From positions 8,618,001 to 8,682,000 of the forward strand of contig NW_026262581.1 of assembly GCF_021869535.1 (NCBI RefSeq): a stretch of 64,000 nt of DNA, written 5' to 3'. Below the pieces are notes generated by a model. The model was given only the letters and a program-made list of their open reading frames with translations, searched no databases and was not told where the DNA came from. The DNA is from Mytilus californianus (Eukaryota). This document shows, piece after piece, positions 52,675-64,000 of the stretch (position 1 is its first letter; each line of letters begins with the position of its first letter). Made by a program: the position numbers and the translations under genes.

Positions 52675-53745
52675 CAAGGTTGGGCGGTATTTACCACCCC
52701 CGGTATTTACCAGTGGTATTTACCGGTATTTACCGCCCGGACAATACTCCCCAAGTGGTCAATACTGGCAAATACTGGTCAATTGAAATTTTCATGCTTC
52801 TTTTGACTGACTTGTCTATCAATTCTAGTAAAAAAATGGTTGATGAGGGAAAACTTTATTCCTTTGGCATGATTCAATGTATAAAAATGAATGATATTGG
52901 TATGTTATTAATTATTTAAACATTAAAAATGACTAATTTAGTTCTTAGGGGTAATGATATTGCATACTTTTGGTATACATATAAAATTGAGCAGCTATAT
53001 CAGTTATTCTAACATGTATAAATCAAGATATTTTTTTCTTGAAAAGGTTTGAATTTTACAGGTAAATAGAATTACAAGTGACTAGCAATATAGATTATCA
53101 GAACATTACCTATTATATGGCTAACAGGTGTCAAAAGTTTAATTACTATAACAACTGTCCCCTAATAAATGTTGACATAACAGGAAAAAAGTCATAAAAG
53201 TGATTTCTAAAGATTGTTTTAAACAATGAATTAATTCCTGACTATTCAACAGCATGATAAAAATGTTCTAAATGCAGGAAATGTTTTTTTTAATAAATAT
53301 ATAACATATATATATATATAAAACAATTTTTTTAATTTTTTAATTGCATCTTTCAAAATAACTGTTAAGAAAATCAGATGTTATATAGTCTCTCTTAAGT
53401 GACTGAGTCTGACTGACTTCATGGTGTTAATGACTATATCTGTTGTATGATTAAATTAATATTTGATAAATCTTCATTAAACCATGTTCATGAACTAATT
53501 AATTGTGACTTTTTGTCTTATTACAATGTAGTAAATAAGTGACTTTCTGCCTTGTGACTATATCTATCCATTTACCAAGTAATTGACCTGAGGTAGGGAC
53601 TAGTTTTATAGTAAAGTCCTATCAAAATTTCAATTGACCAGTACTTGCCAGTATTGACCAGTATTTGCCAGTATTTCCCGGTAATTACCGGTATTTACCG
53701 CCGGCATGGTCAATACTAGTATTGACCGCTTTTTTGCCAACCTTG
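52675..53745. mobile_element. hAT-type MITE with perfect 8-bp TSD
   Basis: TIR CAAGGTTGG / CCAACCTTG; TSD TTGCGGTA at 52667-52674 and 53746-53753; subterminal GGTATTTACC / CCAGTATT repeats. Confidence 0.88.
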
Positions 53746-56700
53746 TTGCGGTATACCATCTTTTCCGCAAGTTTATTGTTTTCTGTTTGGTATTAAATTA
53801 CAAATTTAGATCCATTTTGTTACATCTGGTGAACCGTTTATTTGGCGAATAATCAGGGTTTAAGAACATCAGTTGTTCTACCTGCTAGTCAAATGCGTTT
53901 TGTTAAAATATACTTTTTCACTTATATATATATATGTATATATTTGCACCTCATGTTTGCGGTATACCATCTTTTCCGCAAGTTTGGTTTTAAACTAATA
54001 ATTGAGATCCCTGCTGACTGCCATTGGCGATTGCCAAATAAACGGATCACAAGATGTAACAATATATATATATATGTGACGCATTAGTTTAAAACAAATT
54101 ATATAGAGAATAAAAGATCAGGAAAGCATATCCAACACTTTTCTAAACGACAGCAACCCGACTAAAGAGCAGAAAACATCCGAAGGCCACAAATGGGTCT
54201 TCAACGCAGCGAGAAAACCCGCATCCGGAGGCGGGCTTCAGCTGGCACCTAAACATTAATGTACACTAGTTCAGCGAAATGGACGCCACACTCTAAACTC
54301 CGAAACATACAAATGAACCAAAATTAAAAAAAAAACATAAAAAACAACAACACACAAGACCAACTAAGGCTAGATGTTCCTGAGTTGGGACAGGCGTAAA
54401 AATGCGGGGTTAAACATGTTTTGTGAGATCACAACCCTTTTTCTTAAAATTTTTGTAGATTTTGAATATCAAATTGACACTTTTTTCTCCATTCTATACC
54501 GAAGATGATTCTAAAAGTAAAAACAAACAAACGAAAAAAATCCAGAACCAAAAGATTATTGTTCATTTAGAAACTTTTAGGAGGGAGATTTTTTATGAGT
54601 TATGATGTGAATATATCTATAAGGGATGACTGTACTGTATGGAGTTCAGATACCATATTTCTGTCGCCATACACATGCGTTTCTGTTCAGTTGATCATTG
54701 CACAGCTATTTTCTATTGAAATTTTGTCTGTCCGTCTTTCTCTTCCTTGTCTACCTTTTTTTTGTAATTTTAATGTTGATGCATTTATAGTTTTTGCTAC
54801 TTTGGAACGGGTGACACTAGTGTAACAGGAACTCCTTATCCTTCCGGAGCACCCTCGTTTCAAGTGACCCGCTGGTTTTGGAAGGGTTTATGTTGATCAA
54901 TCTTTTGTTTTCTATGTAGTGTTTCTTGGACCGTAGTTTTTTCTGTTAGGTTGTTTTCTTTTAATCGAGTGTTGTCCGTTTTACTTCGATTTCAAGCTTA
55001 TATAACGGGCAAGGGAAAGAAGAGGAGACTATTTTGGTACAGTGAGAGGGAAATAAGGCGTTACTTTATCTATCGAACAAGCGCATTATACATTTATTTG
55101 TTTTGCAAACTATGCATTAACTATACTAGTATACAGAATTTTTTAAGCCAAACTTATTGGTGAAACATATTGATTGACACTCGAGATCATCCAGATAAAT
55201 ATTTTATTTGATCAAAGAGAAAACCATGACTGCTTTCACATTAAAATATGAAATTAAGATGACCTAATTAAACCAAAAATAATTTGTTCTAAAGTACTCA
55301 AATTTTGTAGAGAAATCTAAAATAAACAGAAACAGCCATGGTTTTATCGATTGCATAGGTTAATTTAATCTTGTTATATTGTCAATGATAAATGAGACGA
55401 TGACAAAATTAAACATGAAACAACAAGTGTTGTATTAAAATACAAATAACATTTGTACATGTAATGTTACAACATTTAATATTATTTAATAATAGACTCA
55501 AAGAGCTGCAAGTGTCATGACCAATAACCAGCTCAATAGCTGCATTGGCCCTGTAAACTTAACATCAGTTTTGTTACCTGCTCAATATATAATATATATT
55601 ATTTTGTTGTAATTTATCTAGAGCTCAGTCCGTTTTGCTATATATTTCCACCGTAGCAACACGAAACAAACAAAGCTTCATCGAATCTTCATATGCAGAA
55701 CTTGATATATATATAGTAAACATATATTAAACGCTGTTCAAAAGAATGATTTGTTGCCAGTATTTGCTGCTTACCGGCTAAGAACTCGTTAACATACAAA
55801 GGGGAAAAGACCTAGTCAACGGCATCAAAACTAAGTTTTAAAGGTAACTTACTGCATATTGAAAGCAAAAACTGATAAAAGAAGAGGTACAGAAATTGGT
55901 ACCTATTAAACACGATTAGAATCTTCAACAAAAACGAAGCAATACAAAGTCTATTTGATTTTTTTTTATCGCGCCCCATTTAGGAGTTAGGGCTTAAAAC
56001 ATTGTTTTGATGCGACAAACACTTTTATGAGGGTCTGGAGAAGGGGGGTCCTTAATTTCTTTGTTCTTTATTTTTTCAGGCCATTTTTCTCTATCCTTTA
56101 TTTTCTTTGGTCCATTTTTCTCTATTCTTTATATTCTGCAATTCCTCATTATTTAGCTAATAAAGAGGAAACAAAACCATATGTATCCATAGTCATCAAC
56201 ATTGCGTATTGTATCTTCAAGTTTATTAAAGACGATAATTTTATGCTTTCGGCTTTGATTTTGACAGCTCTAAATGCAATTTAATGGGCCAACAACGTTA
56301 GTCACATTGGTAGATACATACTTATTACAAGAACCTAGGAATTTCTATGCTCGAATGTATAGTTCCTAGCGCGGATAGTGTATTTTCCCGTACAACTTCT
56401 CAATTTATTTTCTCATGTGTTATGCATAAAACAACAGGAAGGGAGATGAACTTTACATTTAAAATTTTTGATTTAAAATTTTAAGGTGAAGTTTGTTTTG
56501 GACATGTGGGTTGGCTCCAACATGGTCAAATCCGACCTGTGACCTTAGGAGACTTGGCATGCAACCTTGCGACCTGCAGTCTCATTCAAAAGGACATGTT
56601 ACCTTTTCAAATGTTCAAAAACCGTGAATCAGATCAGTTTATAGCTGTAAAAATAGCATAAAAGTGACCTTTTGACCTGGGCAATTTTAAAACATGACCA

Positions 56701-57237
56701 ACAGTGGACTAAGCGGGCTTCGCTACTGGAGCCTTAGCGCGAAATGTTGAAGAAAATAATGTTTGTGTTTCAGTTTTGTGTAATGAGTTATTTCCTTGTG
56801 TTATAGTCCAAAAAGCATTACACAGAAACTTAAAACTGAACAGTATGTATATATGTAAATAGATCATACCAAAACCATCTAGAATCCTGCTATAGACGAT
56901 GTAATAGCTCCTGCTTCGCTAAATAGCACCCGCCCTGCTCCTTATGACATGACAAATCCAATGATAGTCACATATTCTTTGATAAATCATGAATAAGGAT
57001 AGAAGGATGGACTTGTGTGTAAGCCCAAATAAAACAGACGGAACATATCATCTGTGACACCACGTAACGATCAACCAATTCAGGAGGTTTACTGCAAAAG
57101 ATTCGAAGTAATAACTTCCAACTTTACCATTAGAAACCTTTGTTAGTAGTTTCCTTGTAAACAGCGCGTCTTTATCCTGGAAATATCGACAGGAGGCACA
57201 TCACTGGTTTGTCCTATTAACCAATAGATATATGTTC

Positions 57238-57824
57238 TGAAGAACCATCTATATATACCAATATCCTCCCGACTGTCACGTGTCATTAATTTGTCAAATC
57301 AAAGTCCCTGCACCATAGTCTGAAGAACCATCTCTATATATACCAATATCCTCCCGACTGTCACGTGTCATTAATTTGTCAAATCAAAGTCCCTGCACCA
57401 TAGTCTGAAGAACCATCTCTATATACCAATATCCTTCCGACTGCCACGTGTCATTAATTTGTCAAATCAAAGTCACTGCACCATAGTCTGAAGAACCATC
57501 TCTATATACCAATATCCTCCCGACTGTCACGTGTTATTAATTTGTCAAATCAAAGTCCCTGCACTCTAGTCTGAAGAACCATCTCTATATACCAATATCC
57601 TCCCGACTGTCACTTGTCATTAATTTGTCAAATCAAAGTCCCTGCACCATAACCTGAAGAACCATCTCTATATACCAATATCCTCCCGACTGTCACGTGT
57701 CATTAATTTGTCAAATCAAAGTCCCTGCACCAAAGTCTGAAGAACCTTCTCTATATACCAATATCCTCCCGACTGTCACGTGTCATTAATTTGTCAAATC
57801 AAAGTCCCTGCACCATAACCTGAA
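57238..57824. repeat. Minisatellite, 7 units of 83 bp
   Basis: Unit starts at 57238, 57321, 57406, 57489, 57572, 57655, 57738 (one unit is 85 bp). Confidence 0.95.
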
Positions 57825-60800
57825 GGTTGTTGTAATGAGTTTTCTTGTATTTCTAAAGATCTTAGTTTTTGGACAGAGTCATTAGAGAAAATCGATATGG
57901 AAACATCTTAAGATAAATAAGCCTTGTCTTTTAGGAAAACATTACAGTCGCTTCAAACAGATTTGTACTTTATAGAATAAGGATTCTATCTATTTCATTG
58001 ATAAAATTTAATTGCACGCAGGTGGTCCCGATTTTAATAAACACATATATATATATATATAATTTTCTAATTCCACGTTAGGTTAAGATAGCTTTCAGTT
58101 AAAAAAAAAAATCTTAATAAAATAGAAAAATAGAAAAATGCCTGAAATAAGCAACCTGAATGGACCAGCATCCACAATAGAAAGGGATAATGTTTAGTGA
58201 GAGGGAGTGGAAAGAAGAAATATAATATAACAAAAAAGTATAACAAAAATACCGAACTCAAAGGTAAATCCAAAAAGGAGAAGTATATGAAAACTGACAA
58301 AATCAAATGTTATCAACCTACGGAACGAGTGAAAAACAACCGTCATAGTCCCGTCTTGGTTCAAGCATTTTCCGAACAAAAAGGGTGGGTTAAACCTGTT
58401 TTTAAAGCTGGCTTAACCTCTCACTAGTATGACAGTTGTTTATAGTTCCGTTATATTGACAAAATTGGGTGAGCAACCCAAAGAGACATAATAGGTTATT
58501 GTGACAATAATTGGGATCCAGCAGCCAAGTATGTAAACACAGACATACAACATAACTGATTATAGAAAAATAGGAAATACTCCCTATACAAGGAACATGA
58601 TTAAATCATTTGCTTGTGTCTTTTTTTTTTTTATTTTTTGTTATCTTGTTTTTGGTTTAATGCTTGTTGTAAATAAAAAAAAATATGTTGATTTAAAACG
58701 AAAATACTTATTACCCCCCCCCCCCCCATGCTAATTAGCAGCTTAAATGTAACTATCATCCTGAAGTCTCTGGTATTATTTACTTGTTAATCCACAATGA
58801 TGTTGTCCAAGACTGTTCTCGTCAATATTTAACGTTAATCCTGCCATGACTCTTAGAATAATCACACTCTGATGATTGTGGTATAATTAGTTGACGCTGA
58901 TCAATAGCCATGATAATAAATAATCAATTCACTGGACATTCACAAAGAGTCGTATTATTACATAGCAATTATAGAAGCTGTTCTATAATGATGTTAAATT
59001 TTGTATTCAGTTTAGCATGTAAATGTTTGAAGTGCCACCCAGTGAATCAAATCATTCAATAATTAGATTTTTTATGTGTGCCATACTAAATTTGATACAA
59101 CTTTTATATACATGATCTCTTTCCTGAATAAAATGGCTAATATTATCAATAAAGTAATCAAATTAACATGCCAAAGAAAGAACATCCAGCCCCATGATAA
59201 GATATAAAAAAGAAACAAAACTGACATCTGAAACAAAAATCACTAAAGAACTAAAATCAAATCAAACAAAGGAAACCGTCCCCATTAAAATCAAAATAAA
59301 AAAAAGAATAAAAAATGTAAGTTTCTTCTTTTAGGGTTGTTTTCATAATAATGATATTTATAGAAAAAAACTAGATATGCTACGTTTTCCATTCAGGATT
59401 AAACAAAATATAAATATTACAAACGAAAGTTTTACACAGAAATAGATGCCAAAAACAACAACTTTAAATGACGAAAGAGAAAAAAATTAAGTTAAATCAC
59501 ATTTTTCTATAAACTTTTATGGATATTTGTACATTATTATGATATATTTTTAACGCTTCCATATAACGTTGATAAAATTTAAATGTATTCAGTTGTTAAA
59601 CCATGTATAAAAACCCATTATACATCTGGTAGAGTTAAGTATAACAGACCCGAAAAACATTTTCGCTGTTCCCTGTGGAATAGGGAATCGTTTTTCATAT
59701 TGAATAACTATTGATTTCAAATGATTGAAATCCTTAATGTTATTAAAATTCAATTAAAAATAGTGCGAATCTCACCTCTACTGAACCACAACAGAACATT
59801 ACAGCTTTCCGCACTTCTCTCGACAGACAGCAAACCCACGGCAAAAGCATTGATAATCCCTTCCTTGATCCAACAAGGCATGCCTCCTATGGGTTCCCTT
59901 TTAGGGACACACTTAGTATATAGAAATAAATTTATCTACACATTACAATGAACCGTAGTACCACATTCCGTTTCACATCTCACTCAGACGACACTAACAG
60001 ACGTTTAAAACGATGCCGAGCTGTCAGTGCTATATAGTATTGACCCAAATGTTGGAGAGCACAAAAGATATAATTAATAGTAAATTATTGTCGTTTCATC
60101 AATGCGTTCAAGGCAAACATACAACATGCTTTCATTATGAATAAACCTGCATTAATAATTATTTAATTAACTGTCGACAATCACTTTCTCGCCTTCTGAC
60201 AACAAGAAATAGTGGAATAAACGATCAGTGGTCTATCAAATATTCATTATGCTATTATTGGACTAGCATAACTTGGGAATGTTAGAAGATATCTCAATAA
60301 TATACATAATAGTAATCATATTAACATGCATAGAAATATTCTCCTTAATTGTTAATATCTCAAATCCCGATCAATGCTAAAACTTGGACACAACATACTT
60401 ATAAAGATATTGATTAAATGTTGTCATGGAAACAAAAAATGCATTGTCAACTACACATTTATTGTAAACTCTCAGAGAGAATGCAAATATTTATAAATGT
60501 TTAATTCTAGATTGCATGATTGGTGTTTCTGATTCAAAGAAACAGCGAACCGTTGTTTTAACGTTTTGTAAATTAAATTGATTTGGAAAGTTTGGATCGA
60601 ACAAGTCATTATCATTGTTTTCCAAAGCAAACAATTCCACTTTGTTTATTGGTACAGGAAATGTTTATTGAATAAAATGTGTTATTGAAAGTACTTGAAA
60701 CAGAAGTACTTCAGAAATCTCTTTGAACTACATCACACATTTCCTTTCAATAAATGTTCAAGACTTATGTTCAATTATCAAATCTTGATCCAAATTGTTT

Positions 60801-61995
60801 GTTTCTTTTTGAATAATGTATAAAACATATATAATTATGCCATATATATATACCTGTTACAGTATGATACCTACAATATTGATTTGAAAATATATCAGAA
60901 ACAACTGTGATAAATTAAGACCTTCCAATACGAAAAAAAAAACAAACCACCCACTGTTTACCAAAAGAATAGACTCCTTGCCTCCAGCGACGAAAGCGCT
61001 AACACCATACGGAAACCGCTTTGTCAACCTAATCTGTGCAAATATACATAAATTCACTAAAATGATCAGCAAATTCCCCCCTCCAAAACAGACATAACCA
61101 ATTACGAAGTTCTTGACTTGTGTTTAAATTGTTTTGTGAATACTTGCACACCCTCCTTAACCGGCTATCATTATCGAAAAAATGTAAGAGTTAAATTAAA
61201 TCAGAAAAAAGTAAAAATGGGGAGAATGTACCAAGGACCAATCAAAAGCCATGAATGAAGGAAAGATATGACAACTCAAAGACAAGCAATAAAATAGACG
61301 AATAGACAAGCAACAGTCTACAAGACATTGTATACAATCTATACAGTACACCAACCATTGTGCAATACTAACCACAAACAAAATCAGACAGACCCAGAAC
61401 TACAGCCGTTATTGTAAGAACACTTATGGAATTCGAGTATCTAGTATAGGTGAGAGAGAGAAAAAAATCCAGCTCTTAAATTTGGTTGGAACTAAAATGG
61501 GCATAAAACCGTTCTGCATTGTTCATTGTAAATGTTACTGGGGTTCCACGTAAAATGTAAGCGCTTAATTTGATAATTGCTGTGTTAATGAAATCAGTGC
61601 GCAGCTACATAAATAAATTGTATCAAACACAATGTTAGCAGTTCTGTGAGCAAGCGAAAAGTAATTTATCTGTTGATAATGAAATCATGCTTGCTTAATA
61701 ACATTTGATATTGAACACGCTGTGCTTCTAAATAGATTTCATTTGCCATTATTGTGCATTGTAAACTTAAATAAAAGAAGAATATGTCTATGGGAATGAT
61801 GCCTCCGCTTGTAAATATGCAAGAGTCAGTAAAGGAACATAACTTGTGAATGGTGAAAGTGACGCAATCCAAATGCGAACTTGATTTGTGTTTGTTGGTA
61901 ATAATCATTGTGTTTAATTTTCATAACAGTTGGTTTAGGCAAAGTAAAGTAAGGGTGCGGAAACGGCAAATTCAGTAATTTTTCCATTTATTTCC

Positions 61996-62940
61996 GTTAT
62001 ATCGATATATTTATTTTGTTACCTCGATATAATCATATCGTTATATCGATATAACTAAATCGTTATCTCAATATATTTATATCTCGAAATGTATTTCTTA
62101 CTCTAAAAGAAGTATATAAATATATGCAGTGTTGTATGGAACTTGTATATGTATATATATTTATAATTCCATGTATACTACCAATGAAAGCTACTATGTA
62201 ATTATCATGCATTTATATTTCTTATATTGTATGCTCTTATCATATTATTATGCATAGGGAACTTTGTATTTTTTTTAACTTTAAGGATAAAGTGGACTTT
62301 TTTTATCTTTCTATTGCCCCTGGATAGATGGTATTTCTGTAAACAGGGAACCTTAGTCTGTTACCTTGACTACTAAGATAACTGTAAACAGGAAATATTT
62401 TGGAATAATAATAATAATAAAAAAGGCTCTTGCTTTTACGATTTTCAAGATATTGTCAAAATTATGATGAAAATTTTGAAAAATTGCAAATAAATGGCCA
62501 TAGCTCTTAAACAAGTTTTCCGATCAACCTGAACTTAAATTTCGGAAGAGGCAGATCATTATGTACTTACCCTCTGCTAGAATTTCGATATCTGTAAAAA
62601 AAAAAATTTAGTTGCAAAACAGCCCTTTTGACAGTCGGCGTCCGCCATTTTGAAAAATTGGGGCCATGGCCGTTCTGTGACGTCGACAGTTTTTATAGGA
62701 AAGACGTTCAAATCGTGGGTGGTGGGGTTCAGAAAAAAATGCCCCTCCCCCCTCCCCCAATACATATACTTTTAATTTTGGAACATAAATATATCGAGAT
62801 AACGATTTAATTATATCGATAAAACAAAATTAATATATCGATATAACGATATAAATATAGAAATAACGATATAATATATCGAGATAACGATATAATATAT
62901 CGAGATAACGATATATATATATTGAGATAACGATATAATA
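61996..62940. mobile_element. Foldback-like element with inverted TATCGAGATAACGA-type repeat arms and nested insertions
   Basis: 61996-62085 is inverted relative to 62788-62940; interior holds a LINE-like 3' UTR ending in (AAT)n at about 62405-62420. Confidence 0.5.
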
Positions 62941-64000
62941 TTTTTTTTAGGTCCCCTATAGGCTTACGTATTATAATGTATGTGTATTTTAGAATAGACA
63001 CTATCTTATTAACCATCGAGATGATCTCTGAAGAATTCCGTATGTCATATGCACAGGTAAATGGCATTGTGTATAAGTTTTACAGGCACTTGTCTCTGAA
63101 AAATAACTTTGCATATATATACCTTAGTGTTATATTAAGGTATATATGGATTTTCTTTCAGAGACAAGTGCCTGTGGTCATATGACCTGATGTAACATAA
63201 ATATTAATATCAATATTCAGGCAAGTACATGCAATCTTAAAATGACGTTTTTTCTAAGTCTGTTTCTTGTCATTAATTAAAAAAATGTAAATCATCGTTT
63301 TACCTGTATTTGAATGATTTTTTGTCTGAGTTTTTTGTGGGCAGAATCAGTCATCGAAATGGAACTTCCCGGTGGCTGCCTTGTTTCACTTTTCAATGTC
63401 GACATTCTTTTCTTTTTAATAATTAACCATGGTTAGCTCATGCGAAGCCCATCCCAGTTAAGGGTTAAATTGAAGTTCCCATGAAGTCAGATTCAAATGA
63501 GTTGAATTAATGACTTGCAAGTCAATTGTACATCATCAATGTCTTTGAGCTTATTTTGATAAATGTTTGTAACAAAAAAAATCATATTTTGAGTTTTTGC
63601 CAACTTCATAGCTAATGCCCCTTTGTAAAGGTTTTACCAAATAAAACATCTCAGCAAGTTAAGAACCCTTGCAACAACACTTCGAGGGTCCGTTTGTGGC
63701 ATGTTACAAGGCTAAATTTCGGTATATACCCTAATTTTCCAGTGGCAATCCAAACTTCCGGCCCTTCATCCCGGTCGCTCATATACAGGACCTACATGTT
63801 GTATTTATCGTTAATTTGTTCTTGTCCTGAACATGAAATATTTACCACTCGACGTAAAGCAAACAACAATCAATCAACCAACAAAGTAAATAAAAAGTAA
63901 AAAAAACTGTTAATTTGGTTTGTTTTCGATAAACATTTTAGGTGGTGTGAAACCTTTTTTTCAAATTAAAATCCAACAATTATTCTTTAATGTTAGGATA

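Noticed and set aside
57237-57824. CTGAAGA in each 83-bp unit as a hammerhead core
   Set aside because: No stem II, no GAAA and no stem I pairing follow it.

Overview
AT-rich, intron- and repeat-rich animal genomic DNA. It is most likely a bivalve mollusc of Mytilus type, inferred from composition and repeat styles and not verified. There are no prokaryotic features. Two convergent spliced genes can be built by hand from GT-AG signals with consistent phases. (1) Plus strand, 310-10869: the last 7 coding exons (237 aa) of an uncharacterised protein with a discoidin/F5-8C-like C-terminus, a SAM-like domain and an acidic tail. The ORF track misses it as a gene. (2) Minus strand, 46568-23609: a Syd-1/RhoGAP100F/SYDE-family gene (PDZ, C2, RhoGAP; about 970 aa) with a 15.7-kb intron. 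The rest is mobile DNA. It includes three families of Helentron/HINE-like elements carrying internal satellite arrays; the largest is a 3.4-kb array of 166-bp monomers with a 1493-bp higher-order duplication. It also includes hAT- and Tc1/mariner-type MITEs, a 5'-truncated LINE, two long palindromic elements centred on a C(GAA)G mini-hairpin, and four minimal hammerhead-ribozyme motifs of Penelope type. One of these (52602-52645) keeps every catalytic core nucleotide. Most short ORFs in the track are non-coding noise.
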